DNA of 64,000 bases from Clostridia bacterium (GTDB lineage Bacteria; Bacillota; Clostridia; UMGS1883; UMGS1540), in contig JAFSAU010000008.1 in assembly GCA_017442155.1 (NCBI GenBank), positions 67,649-131,648 of the forward strand, given 5' to 3'. Below, piece after piece: positions 17,783 through 26,917 of the stretch; positions within the stretch are counted from its first letter, which is position 1, and the number at the start of each line of letters is the position of its first letter. The notes under the pieces were generated by a model. It ran no database searches. It saw nothing but the letters and a program-made list of their open reading frames with translations, and was not told where the DNA came from. A program made the translations under genes and the position numbers.

Positions 17783-20700
17783 ATGAAAAAGATAATAGCA
17801 ACCCTTTTGGCAGGCTTTATGTTGTGTTCCGGTGCCGCAGTTCTATCCGCCCCCGCAGAGGAAAGGGAGTACCCCTTCAAAATTTCCCCCACGGTGGAAA
17901 TGCGGGAGGATGGGGAAGCCTATTCAATCAAGGAGCGTCCGATAAAAGAAGGCGATTATAAAATCCAAACCTTAACAAAGCATACAAAGATAGCGGGGAA
18001 AAATGGAGATGAAAATATTTTCCCGGACGGCGGCTTTGAAAATGCAAAAGAAACCTTTCTTACCGGGTGGAGCGGAAACGGCGTTGAAGGCGGCGTGATC
18101 GGTGAAACCAATGCCTTTATTGTGGATGATACCGCAGAAGGCAAAAAGGCACTCAAGCTATCCGGACCGGAAGGCAAAAATGTACACGGTGTACAGGTGT
18201 TTACGAACATGATACCGGGTGAGGAATATGAATTATCCGCTTGGTGTAAACGGGTTTCCGGCACAGCCAATATTTCTTTAGGCTTTGGTTATGTTGAACC
18301 GGAGACAGACATGAGTCTGGAGTACGGCAATCGAGTGAACTTAAGCTTTGCCGATGCCCCGGCCAATACCTGGACACAGAAAATCATTCAGTTTACGATG
18401 CCGGAGGATGCCAATAAAGTAACTTTGATGGCACGTCTTATGGGCGGCGGTGAAATCTATTATGACGGTATTACGATTCTCGGCCCTCAGAAGCCGGTAG
18501 AGGTTGCAACAATGCCGGAGTATGTCAAACCTAGCGAAGGTACGGAAAACGTCTTTAAAAACGGGGGCTTCGAAGAAGGAACGGAAGTCACGCATATTAA
18601 GCACGGAACGGAATATGAAGGCATTTGGTTTGACCGTGACGACGATGTTATGAAAGGGCACTTTACCTATTCGGATGCGGAAGCACATTCGGGCAAGCAG
18701 TCTATTCATTTAAAGGGCGATAATTTGAATATGCCCTGGCTGGGACAGGTCATAAAGGTTGAGCCGGAAACCACCTATCAGATTTCAGCTTGGGTAAAGG
18801 TGGTAGATCCAAGAAATGTTAATTTCCGTTTCCAGGGTGACGGGTATAAAAATTCCCCGGAGCAGACAGCAGAAAACTATATCTCGGATGCACGAACCAC
18901 AGTCCATCCCGGTATAGATCCGAAAAACCCTGCGTGGCAGCAGATTGTCGGCAACTTTACAACCCATCAGGATGCGGAGTATTATTGCTTTATGCTACGT
19001 GGCGGTGACAAGATACAGGATATGTATTTTGACGATATAGAGCTTTATCCGCTCGCAGGTCTCAGCAAAAAGCTTCGTAGCTTTATTCCGGATGATGTGT
19101 TCTACTATTCTGATTATGAAGGAAACGGGTATGCTGATATAACTACCTATAAAAGTACAACCGACGAAAATCAGAAGGTACGTTTTCGCTTTTATGATGA
19201 AGAAAAGGTTGTAAAGGAAGAAATTGTTACGCTTCCCGAGGAAGGGAAATATCGTTTCCATTACCCCTTGGAGCTTTTGGCTGAAAAGAAAAAGGAATAT
19301 AGGCTTGAAGCTATGATGTTAGGCGCAAATGGGGAAGAAACAGACGACTTTATGGAACGTTTCATTTATAAATATGATCGCCCCACCATGCTGAATGAAG
19401 CATTGGAGCTTATGACGTCTGACGGAACCAAAATTGAAAATTACATACTGGCGCAGGGTACAACGCCGGCGGTTATGTGGCAAATTCCCGAAGTTGGGGC
19501 TACAATCGGCCGTGCAATCGGTACTTGGCGAACGGACAGAATCGAACGGTTGGACGTAGCTTACGAAGCCGGAATGTATGCTACTGTTACCTTATTTAAT
19601 CATGAGGATATTCGTGATCCGGAGGTGTATGCCGATGTGGTAAATACAATTAATATGGTAAAAGACCATCCGGCACTTATCGGCTGGTATTTATGGGAAG
19701 AACCGAAATTTGCAGAGTCTACCTATGATCTGCAGGAAAATATCCGTATTGGTGCGAAGCTGATTCGTGACCTGGATCCCAAGCATCCTCTCTTCGGTGT
19801 TGTTTCTCAGCCGCTCCATGCAGGAGAACTTGGTAAATTTTGCGACATCTTAGACATGGATATTTATCCCGCACAAACATATGACGGACAACGTGGCATG
19901 CGAATTGCAGAAGCAATTTCTATGGGTCTGGAAAGTAATGATTGGCAAAAGGTAGTGTCTATCATGACCCAGGCCTTTGAGTGGTTTGAATTCCAGCCTA
20001 CATGGAATGATCTCAGAAACTATATTTATATGGCCATGTTTGAGGGCGCGGGTGGATTCAGCTTCCATACTTTCGACAAAGTAGGCGGTATTGCCGAAAA
20101 TGGTACGGGGGTTCAGCCCGGGGACGAAAGATGGAATGGTATGGTGAAGGCATCAGAGTGGGAATATGATTTTATCTTTGACCACTTTGTTAATCAAAAA
20201 GCCCCGCTCTTTAATGAGGGCCGTACAGAGGATGTCTGGTGGAGAACAGTTGTGCGGGACGGAGAACTGTATGTGATTGCTGTAAACACCTGGGAAAACA
20301 AGGAAAGTACGGTAAATATTCCGCTTGTCGACTATACTGGCAAAATTAAAATAAACGGTGCAAAAGCAGAACTCATAGAGGGCGGCGAAGCAAAAACAGT
20401 AAATATTTCCGGTGATACCTTCCCTGTAGAACTCGAGAAATTCCAATCAGCCGTCTTTAAGATTACACCGAACGAAGCTGTTGATTTTTCCGGTGTTAAG
20501 GGCACACGATTCCGTGACCTGCAGCACCATGTATGGGCAAGAGAGGCCATAATTGAAATGGATGATAAAGGCATTGTAAATGACCTTTCGGCAGTTGCTT
20601 TTGCACCAGGTAGAAACATAACCCGTGGCGACTTTGCAATGTTCCTGGTGCGTGCTTTGGGGCTTACCGGAAGCGGTGCCAAAGTAAGCTTTGACGATGT

Positions 20701-21037
20701 TTATACAAATAGAGAGTATGCAGAGGCCATTGCCATAGGCAAAGAGGCAGGTATCTTGAACGGGGTAGGGGATAATAAGTTTAATCCGGATGCTGAAATT
20801 TCCCGTCAGGATATGATGACGATTATCAGCCGTGGTATGGCACTTTCGGGTGACAGCGATTTGTCGGCATTTTCTGACAGTAGCGAGATTGCCGATTACG
20901 CACTTTCTCATGTGAAGGCAATGATTGCTTCCGGTCTCATAAAGGGAAATGCCGATGGTACCTTAAATCCCCGCGGCAATACAACCCGCGCAGAGGCGGC
21001 CGTGATTATGCAGCGGATTATAAACCGGTATATGTAA
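17783..21037 (+). CDS. Secreted CBM4/9-like x2 + GH-A-like TIM barrel + C-terminal 3x SLH protein (paralog A4; sister of 512-3760)
   Basis: 1084-aa ORF with RBS AAGGAG and signal peptide MKKIIATLLAGFMLCSGAAVLSA. It is near-collinear with 512-3760: 'FIYKYDRPTMLNEA', 'DHPALIGWYLWEEP', 'IRDLDPKHPLFGV', 'DILDMDIYP', 'TQAFEWFEFQPTWNDLRNY'. Three C-terminal SLH repeats are present. Confidence 0.8.
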   Translation: MKKIIATLLAGFMLCSGAAVLSAPAEEREYPFKISPTVEMREDGEAYSIKERPIKEGDYKIQTLTKHTKIAGKNGDENIFPDGGFENAKETFLTGWSGNGVEGGVIGETNAFIVDDTAEGKKALKLSGPEGKNVHGVQVFTNMIPGEEYELSAWCKRVSGTANISLGFGYVEPETDMSLEYGNRVNLSFADAPANTWTQKIIQFTMPEDANKVTLMARLMGGGEIYYDGITILGPQKPVEVATMPEYVKPSEGTENVFKNGGFEEGTEVTHIKHGTEYEGIWFDRDDDVMKGHFTYSDAEAHSGKQSIHLKGDNLNMPWLGQVIKVEPETTYQISAWVKVVDPRNVNFRFQGDGYKNSPEQTAENYISDARTTVHPGIDPKNPAWQQIVGNFTTHQDAEYYCFMLRGGDKIQDMYFDDIELYPLAGLSKKLRSFIPDDVFYYSDYEGNGYADITTYKSTTDENQKVRFRFYDEEKVVKEEIVTLPEEGKYRFHYPLELLAEKKKEYRLEAMMLGANGEETDDFMERFIYKYDRPTMLNEALELMTSDGTKIENYILAQGTTPAVMWQIPEVGATIGRAIGTWRTDRIERLDVAYEAGMYATVTLFNHEDIRDPEVYADVVNTINMVKDHPALIGWYLWEEPKFAESTYDLQENIRIGAKLIRDLDPKHPLFGVVSQPLHAGELGKFCDILDMDIYPAQTYDGQRGMRIAEAISMGLESNDWQKVVSIMTQAFEWFEFQPTWNDLRNYIYMAMFEGAGGFSFHTFDKVGGIAENGTGVQPGDERWNGMVKASEWEYDFIFDHFVNQKAPLFNEGRTEDVWWRTVVRDGELYVIAVNTWENKESTVNIPLVDYTGKIKINGAKAELIEGGEAKTVNISGDTFPVELEKFQSAVFKITPNEAVDFSGVKGTRFRDLQHHVWAREAIIEMDDKGIVNDLSAVAFAPGRNITRGDFAMFLVRALGLTGSGAKVSFDDVYTNREYAEAIAIGKEAGILNGVGDNKFNPDAEISRQDMMTIISRGMALSGDSDLSAFSDSSEIADYALSHVKAMIASGLIKGNADGTLNPRGNTTRAEAAVIMQRIINRYM

Positions 21038-21207
21038 TAAAATTTTTGGTTACCCGATTGGTTTGTCGTCTGAAAAAGTTGGAGAACTGCGCACTGATAA
21101 AGAGCAGATTTCATGCGAATGAATAAAGCGATATATAAAAGTCTTAACTATCGCAGGTGATTTAGCCGAACTTGTCCAATTTAGTTCGCCGATAGGCGAA
21201 TTTAGCT

Positions 21208-21251
21208 AAAAAAGAGATGATTTTACCGACAGTAAAAATCATCTCTTTTTT
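21208..21251. terminator. Bidirectional rho-independent terminator (13-bp stem, A-run 5' and T-run 3')
   Basis: 'aaaaaAGAGATGATTTTaccgacagtAAAATCATCTCTtttttt' lies directly 3' of tRNA-Trp (minus strand) and downstream of the 17783-21037 operon (plus strand). Confidence 0.75.
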
Positions 21252-21252
21252 A

Positions 21253-21328
21253 TGGCAGGGGCAGAAGGATTCGAACCCTCGACACACGGTTTTGGAGACC
21301 GTTGCTCTACCAGCTGAACTATACCCCT
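21253..21328 (-). tRNA. trnW: tRNA-Trp (anticodon CCA)
   Basis: The reverse complement reads AGGGGTATAGTTCAGCTGGTAGAGCAACGGTCTCCAAAACCGTGTGTCGAGGGTTCGAATCCTTCTGCCCCTGCCA. The 7-bp acceptor stem pairs, the anticodon loop is CT-CCA-AA, the T-loop is GTTCGAATC, and a 3' CCA is encoded. It is close to B. subtilis tRNA-Trp. Confidence 0.9.
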
Positions 21329-21368
21329 ATATGCAATTTTGGAACAAAAGACCCGCTTTCGCGGGCGA

Positions 21369-21444
<76 letters not shown>

Positions 21445-21456
21445 ATGACTTTATCT

Positions 21457-21485
21457 ATTATACTACATAATAACTTTCTTGTCAA
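21457..21485 (-). promoter_or_regulatory. Consensus sigA-type promoter for the tRNA-Ala/tRNA-Trp operon
   Basis: On the minus strand: TTGACA, a 17-nt spacer, then TATAAT ('cTTGACAagaaagttattatgtagTATAATagataaagtcat'). The -10 element ends about 12 nt before the tRNA-Ala 5' end. Confidence 0.75.
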
Positions 21486-21606
21486 GAAAAAGTTTTATTT
21501 TTTTTGTTTTTTTAATTTAGAGCAAATGAAAAAGCTTGCAAACCGCGGAAAACAGTGGTATAATAATTCCGGTTAAAGCTTGAAATCTAAGGAAGAGGGA
21601 TGTAAT

Positions 21607-23064
21607 ATGAAAAGACTTACAGCTATATTTTTAATTTTAACTCTTTTCACAAGTACGCTTGTTGTTTCTGCAGATGGAGCAAGAGTTTTTGAAGAGGAAC
21701 AGACATATGCCCAAAAGCTAAACGCGTTGGGACTTTTTTGCGGTACGGAAAAAGGATTTGAGCTTGAACGGACACTTACCCGTACAGAAGCAATCGTTTT
21801 GATGATAAGAACTCTCGGCAAAGAAGCACAGGCAAAAGAGTACGGAAAAACACACCCCTTTACCGATGTTGCATCGTGGGCAGACGGTTATATCTCTTAT
21901 GCTTATGATATGGGACTTACTAACGGTGTTTCTGATACTATATTTGGTAATGATGACACAGTTGAGTCTAATATGTATCTTACTTTTATTCTCCGTGCCA
22001 TGGGTTATACGGATGAAGGAGATGTTGACTTCATATGGCAGATGCCCTATGCGATGGCAGCTGAAATAGAAATGCTTCCGCCGACAACGGATATAATAAA
22101 CTTTGTTCGTGGAGATGCAGTAACTTTCTTAGCAGCTGCTCTTTTTGCCAAATGCAAGGATGCGGATGTATGCCTTTACGAAAGGCTTATTGAGGAAGGT
22201 GTTTTTACAAAGGAAAAATGGGATACGGTCTTTCCTGATGATCCTTTTGTGACTTACAGAGTGCAAAATCGTGCAGTAGGGGATGCCGTGCGTTCCGAAA
22301 ATGGCGAGACAAGGCTTAATGAGCATTATTTTTACAATCATATGCTTTTAGACATAATGGATAAGGGAGAGTATGTTGAAGCTGTGGTGCCCGTACATCA
22401 CGCGCATTATACGATATGGGAGAATAATCAAATCGGCAGTAGCGGCTCTGGCTCAGGGATTCGCCGGTACATTCTTGACAAGGAAACCTGGCAGGTTGTT
22501 GACGAAATAGAAGGAGGAGCTTTTAAGTGGTCCGAGTTCTTTCCCGAGAGTGCCATAGGTCCTACTAACAATTTCGTATGGAAGGGAATGAATATACGTC
22601 TCGGATTCGAACTGGCAGAGGTTTTTGCCAGTGGTGCCCTTGCTTATACGGCTCCCACATATGAACAGATGATAGAAAAGTACATGGTGGATGAACAGAA
22701 TTTGTACAGTATCAGCGAAAGGATAGAAACTGATGAATGTACTGTACTTTCAGGCTATTTGTCAGGTGTCCCGCATGGACCGGCAGGCTTTGTATGTCTT
22801 ATATACAAGCCCGGTTCAGTGAAGGGCAGCGGAGCGGTTGTTTCTCTTCCGTTACCTGAGACAAGCGCGTGGGGAGCAAGAAAAATTCCTGAGGAGCTGA
22901 GTTTCTCGGAAGATGGAAAAACGCTTTCTTACTCTTTTTGTTTCGACAGTGATATGGTGCTCGAAATAGACGAAGAGGTTAAGAGGGTGGTGCACGAGGC
23001 GGGAACATATAATTATACTGTTGATATTGTAACAGGAGAAACGGTGCTTGAAATTGTAAAGTAA
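21607..23064 (+). CDS. Secreted protein with N-terminal SLH-like repeats, remainder unknown
   Basis: RBS GGAAGAGGGA precedes the ATG at 21607; the ORF track starts 27 nt earlier. Signal peptide MKRLTAIFLILTLFTSTLVVSA. SLH-like segments are 'FCGTEKGFELERTLTRTEAIVLMIRTLG' and 'FTDVASWADGYISYAYDMGLTNGVSDTIFGNDDTVESNMYLTFILRAMGY'. GC is lower (~43%) than in the neighbouring genes. Confidence 0.65.
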   Translation: MKRLTAIFLILTLFTSTLVVSADGARVFEEEQTYAQKLNALGLFCGTEKGFELERTLTRTEAIVLMIRTLGKEAQAKEYGKTHPFTDVASWADGYISYAYDMGLTNGVSDTIFGNDDTVESNMYLTFILRAMGYTDEGDVDFIWQMPYAMAAEIEMLPPTTDIINFVRGDAVTFLAAALFAKCKDADVCLYERLIEEGVFTKEKWDTVFPDDPFVTYRVQNRAVGDAVRSENGETRLNEHYFYNHMLLDIMDKGEYVEAVVPVHHAHYTIWENNQIGSSGSGSGIRRYILDKETWQVVDEIEGGAFKWSEFFPESAIGPTNNFVWKGMNIRLGFELAEVFASGALAYTAPTYEQMIEKYMVDEQNLYSISERIETDECTVLSGYLSGVPHGPAGFVCLIYKPGSVKGSGAVVSLPLPETSAWGARKIPEELSFSEDGKTLSYSFCFDSDMVLEIDEEVKRVVHEAGTYNYTVDIVTGETVLEIVK

Positions 23065-23188
23065 ATATAACAAAAAGCGGAAAGGGAGATATACAATATG
23101 GATTTACAGAAGTTTTCCGAGGAAAAGTTTGAAGAGTTTTTAAATTGATTGGTGAATTTCGTGCTTGACAAATAAAGCGAAAAAGTAA

Positions 23189-23226
23189 GACGTGTAACCT
23201 ATAAAGCTACACGTCCTTTTTCTTTT
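23189..23226. terminator. Rho-independent terminator between convergent genes
   Basis: 'GACGTGTAacctataaagcTACACGTCctttttctttt', with an A-run on the 5' side. It can serve both 21607-23064 (+) and the NlpC/P60 gene (-). Confidence 0.65.
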
Positions 23227-23236
23227 GTATGAAATT

Positions 23237-24001
23237 TTAGAAAATACGCCTTGCGGCATATAATGACCGATGAGCCATACTGTCAATACTGATGGTCCGT
23301 CCGGACTGGGGCGCATGAATATACGTTTCATTTCCTACATAAATACCCACGTGTCCGGCACTCCGGAAGAAGACCAGGTCTCCGGGCATAAGGTCAGAGC
23401 GGGAAACCGAACGTCCGACAGCAATCTGCGAATAGGTTGTACGCGGCAGCGAAACACCGAAATGGCGGTACACATACTGTACAAAGCCACTGCAGTCAAA
23501 TCCGGAAGGGGTGGACCCGCCCCATACATACGGGACGCCAATGAAATTCTTTGCATAGGATACAATCTGGGAGCCCATGGAGCCATCATAGCTTGTGGCT
23601 GCCGGTACACTCGATGAAGATGAAGATGAAGAGCCGGAAGAGCCAGATGAGCCGGAAGACCCGGATGAGCCGGAACGCCCCGAGCTTGTGGGGGGAGCGG
23701 ACGGCGTGGGAACTACAATCGGCTCCGGCACGTCGTTAATATCAAACACAATCAAATCCTTATGCACATAACCAAGCTCGTCACCAACACGGACCTTGCA
23801 CCAGGAGCCCTCTGTAGCTACGACACTTACAGGGTCAGCTAAGTACAGTTCCCCTAAAATTTCGGCATCCATGGCGGGTACCTGGCGGATGTTGATAACA
23901 TCCCCGGCGGTAAAGCCTGTGGTATCAGCTGATGCGCCAATGGCGATCAAAAGAAGGGAAGCCGCCGCTGCGGCAGATAGAAGCAGAATTTTTTTAAGCA
24001 T
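23237..24001 (-). CDS. Secreted NlpC/P60 family cell-wall endopeptidase with N-terminal SH3b-like domain and Ser/Gly-rich linker
   Basis: 254 aa with a signal peptide. The catalytic core reads '[44 protein letters not shown]...GHVGIYVGN...HAP' (Cys-His-His). The linker is '[25 protein letters not shown]'. Confidence 0.85.
   Translation of the reverse strand: MLKKILLLSAAAAASLLLIAIGASADTTGFTAGDVINIRQVPAMDAEILGELYLADPVSVVATEGSWCKVRVGDELGYVHKDLIVFDINDVPEPIVVPTPSAPPTSSGRSGSSGSSGSSGSSGSSSSSSSSVPAATSYDGSMGSQIVSYAKNFIGVPYVWGGSTPSGFDCSGFVQYVYRHFGVSLPRTTYSQIAVGRSVSRSDLMPGDLVFFRSAGHVGIYVGNETYIHAPQSGRTISIDSMAHRSLYAARRIF
23614..23686. repeat. Tandem 6-bp and 9-bp DNA repeats encoding the Ser/Gly linker of the NlpC/P60 protein
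   Basis: Plus strand: 'gatgaa' x3 followed by five 9-mers, 'gagccggaa gagccagat gagccggaa gacccggat gagccggaa'. Confidence 0.7.
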
Positions 24002-24066
24002 AGCAAACCTCCGAAAGTTTTTACTGCAATAAGTATACCATACTTTTCGCCGGATGTCAAATTTTA

Positions 24067-24705
24067 TTAAAAAATACGGCGTGCAGCGGTGACGGTACGA
24101 TCAAGCGGGTCAATAGAAACAGAACGTCCGGAGTTGGGAGCATGAATGTATGTGTTATTGCCAACATAGATACCGACGTGTCCGCCGCCGCGAAAAACAA
24201 GAATGTCACCGGGTTGCAGGTCAGACGTGCTGACGGCATAACCACTTTGCATCTGACTGTAGGATGTGCGCGGAAGGGAGATGCCGAAATATTTATACAC
24301 ATACTGCACAAAACCGCTGCAGTCAAACCCATAGGGGGAGGAACCACCGTAGACATAGGGAACGCCAATAAAGTTTTTGGCATATTCTACCACGTTCTGG
24401 CCGGCAGAAGCAGAGGAGGTCTCTTCTGCCACGGTTTCTGCCGCTGCGGCTTCGGCGGGGGTGATGCTTACATAATTACCGTAAATATATCCGGTTTTGT
24501 CACCGTACTGGATTTTACACCAGCCGCCCTCGTACCCAATAACTGTAACGTCCTGCCCATAGGTGAGCTGGCCGATAACGGCGTTGTTTGGTGCTGTGCG
24601 GACATTCAGGGAGTCGGCGGTGATATAACCGGTGTCAGCATAAGCGACGGTGGATATAAAAAGTATGGCGGCGATTACGAAAATCGCATAAGCTTTCTTT
24701 CTCAT
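24067..24705 (-). CDS. Secreted NlpC/P60 family cell-wall endopeptidase with SH3b-like domain (tandem paralog)
   Basis: 212 aa with a signal peptide. '[44 protein letters not shown]...[16 protein letters not shown]'. Confidence 0.85.
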   Translation of the reverse strand: MRKKAYAIFVIAAILFISTVAYADTGYITADSLNVRTAPNNAVIGQLTYGQDVTVIGYEGGWCKIQYGDKTGYIYGNYVSITPAEAAAAETVAEETSSASAGQNVVEYAKNFIGVPYVYGGSSPYGFDCSGFVQYVYKYFGISLPRTSYSQMQSGYAVSTSDLQPGDILVFRGGGHVGIYVGNNTYIHAPNSGRSVSIDPLDRTVTAARRIF

Positions 24706-24910
24706 AAAATAAACCTTTCTTTTACCGGCCGTCCGGGCCAGTTTTCATTAACTTGATAATAGTATAACACAAATGTTTCATTTTGTCAAACTTTTTTAAC
24801 AATTTTTTAAACGAAAAAGAAATAAATAGAAATCAAATGTTGCTAAAGGCGTTGAAAAACAAGGGTTTTTTACGTAAAAAACGAAAAATAAAAATGTAAT
24901 AATTATTATC

Positions 24911-24939
24911 TTGAAAAATTGTAAAATTTCTGTTATACT
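24911..24939 (+). promoter_or_regulatory. sigA-type promoter upstream of tsaD
   Basis: TTGAAA, a 17-nt spacer, then TATACT ('TTGAAAaattgtaaaatttctgtTATACT'). It lies in the AT-rich divergent intergenic region, about 45 nt before the tsaD ATG. Confidence 0.55.
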
Positions 24940-24981
24940 TTTAGAAGGTAAAGAAAAGTTTTACAGGAAAAGGGGAAAAAT

Positions 24982-25977
24982 ATGGCATATATATTGGGAA
25001 TAGAATCCTCCTGCGACGAAACGGCGGCCTCTGTTTCGCTGGATGGACGGGAGATTTTGAGTGATGTGGTGTATTCTCAGGCGGAAATCCACAAAAAATA
25101 CGGTGGTGTGGTGCCGGAGATTGCTTCGAGAAATCACATTCTTTCAGTTACACAGGTAATCGAGGAAGCCGTAGGACAGGCCGGTATCCGGAAAGAAGAG
25201 CTGGATGCGGTGGCGGTGACAGTGCGTCCGGGGCTTATCGGGGCACTTTTAGTGGGCTTGTCAGCGGCCAAGGGGTACGCGTATGCTCTTGGAAAGCCCC
25301 TGGTGCCGGTCAATCATCTGCACGGGCACATTGCGGCAAATTACATTGCAGATAAAAGTTTGGAGCCTCCCTTCATTTGTCTTGTTGCTTCCGGCGGACA
25401 CAGCCATGTGGTGGAGGTGACGGATTATAACCGGTTTACGGTGCTGGGTGCCACAATGGACGATGCGGCGGGGGAAGCATTCGATAAGGTTGCACGAGTG
25501 CTGGGGCTTGGATATCCCGGCGGTCCGGCGGTGAGCCGCTGTGCCGAACGTGGGAAGTCAGTGATTCCCTTTCCGCGGCCGATTCATGGGCTGGATTTCA
25601 GCTTCAGCGGTGTAAAAACGGCTGTTATCAATTATGTGCATAAATCGGAGCAGAAGGGGGAGACTGTCAGTCGGGAAGATGTGGCGGCTTCCTTTCAGAC
25701 GGCCATTGTGGATGTGCTGACCACCATGACCATGGAAGCGGCAAAAGAGCGCGGCATGAAAAAAATTGCACTGGCCGGCGGTGTGGCGGCAAACAGTTGC
25801 CTGCGTGCCTCACTGGAAAAGGCGGCGAATAGTGCGGGGATGCAGATGTATATGCCGCCGCTGTCCCTCTGTACCGACAATGGTGCTATGATTTCCTGCG
25901 CCGGGTATTACGCATTCCGGGCAGGGGAACGGGCAGAGCTTTCTCAGAACGCATTTGCTTCATTAGAACAAAATTGA
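24982..25977 (+). CDS. tsaD: tRNA N6-adenosine threonylcarbamoyltransferase TsaD (Kae1/Gcp family)
   Basis: 'MAYILGIESSCDETAASV...VPVNHLHGHI...GGVAANS' are the canonical TsaD motifs. 331 aa. Confidence 0.9.
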   Translation: MAYILGIESSCDETAASVSLDGREILSDVVYSQAEIHKKYGGVVPEIASRNHILSVTQVIEEAVGQAGIRKEELDAVAVTVRPGLIGALLVGLSAAKGYAYALGKPLVPVNHLHGHIAANYIADKSLEPPFICLVASGGHSHVVEVTDYNRFTVLGATMDDAAGEAFDKVARVLGLGYPGGPAVSRCAERGKSVIPFPRPIHGLDFSFSGVKTAVINYVHKSEQKGETVSREDVAASFQTAIVDVLTTMTMEAAKERGMKKIALAGGVAANSCLRASLEKAANSAGMQMYMPPLSLCTDNGAMISCAGYYAFRAGERAELSQNAFASLEQN

Positions 25978-26069
25978 CTTCGTCAATAAGTGCTCGCTCC
26001 GCTCGCCTTTTATAAGGTAAATTTTCTTGTTACAGGCAATTGCTGACGCAATTTCCTATGTAATAAAAA
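25969..26069. repeat. ~100-bp direct repeat, copy A (starts in the last codons of tsaD)
   Basis: 'caaaattgacttcgtcaat-aagtgctcgctccgctcgccttttataaggtaaattttcttgttacaggcaattgctgacgcaatttcctatgtaataaaaa'. It is about 85% identical to copy B at 27728-27830. It contains the palindrome TTGAC-TTC-GTCAA. Confidence 0.8.
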
Positions 26070-26164
26070 CAAAGAGGGGCATACTACGGTGAAGCGTGGT
26101 ATACCCCTTATATTATAATCAGCCGCGGCTGTACGATATATTGTATGAAAGAGGGGGATAAAGC

Positions 26165-26887
26165 GTGCATGGTATAAAGGAACCGAATTTGCCGGAGCAT
26201 CAGGTGACAGTGGCAGTTTCTGCTTTGCCGATAGAGGGGATACAATGCATCTCACCGCCCGAGGTTTCCTGTCTGCCGCCCGCTTTGCGTCAACATGCGG
26301 ATTTGCAGCTCTGCCATCTCGGCGGCCGGGTACTGCTGGCGGCACCGGAGGTGTTTTCCTTTTACAAAGACGCACTTAGTACATTCGGGTTTGAAATACT
26401 TTGTGGAGAAACAAATATTGGCAGTACCTACCCCGCGGATGCGGCATATAATATAGCGAGAGTTGGGAATGCGGCCTTTTTACATCCGAAGATTGCCGAC
26501 CCTGTGGCACTGCGTTTTTTTGAAATGCAAAATATACGGGTTATTCCGGTGCGGCAGGGATATACAAAGTGCGCAGTGGTACCGGTGGATGACCGGAGTC
26601 TGATTACGGCAGACGCCGGAATTGCCCGGGCGGCACGCTGTGCCGGCTTTTCTGTTTTGGAAATTCAGCCAGGAGGCGTCACGCTTGCTGGTTTTCCGTA
26701 TGGCTTTCTGGGCGGTGCGGCAGGCAAGACAGCAGCGGACGCGGTGTATGTGACCGGTGCCTTGTCCGCGCATCCGTCGAAGCAGGAAATTTTTGTGTTT
26801 TTACAGAAAAGGGGCATAAAAATCCGGGAAAGGCACATTCCTATACCCATAGATATAGGCTCCGTGTTGCCGCTTATGGAAACGTAG
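26165..26887 (+). CDS. Hypothetical protein (240 aa, GTG start)
   Basis: RBS AGAGGGGGA precedes the GTG. No recognisable motifs. The gene lies between the two direct repeats. Confidence 0.5.
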   Translation: MHGIKEPNLPEHQVTVAVSALPIEGIQCISPPEVSCLPPALRQHADLQLCHLGGRVLLAAPEVFSFYKDALSTFGFEILCGETNIGSTYPADAAYNIARVGNAAFLHPKIADPVALRFFEMQNIRVIPVRQGYTKCAVVPVDDRSLITADAGIARAARCAGFSVLEIQPGGVTLAGFPYGFLGGAAGKTAADAVYVTGALSAHPSKQEIFVFLQKRGIKIRERHIPIPIDIGSVLPLMET

Positions 26888-26917
26888 TCGGTACGGTGCC
26901 CGGAAGGGGAGAATATA

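Noticed and set aside
21150-21207. Three spaced ATTTAG motifs plus the small hairpin TTCGCC-GATA-GGCGAA upstream of the terminator
   Set aside because: The repeats are short and AT-rich, are not obviously symmetric, and have no associated gene.
23099-23149. 16-codon ORF (MDLQKFSEEKFEEFLN) with an AAAGGGAG RBS in the convergent intergenic region
   Set aside because: It is too short to evaluate, has no conserved context, and could be chance. I note it only as a possible leader or micro-peptide.
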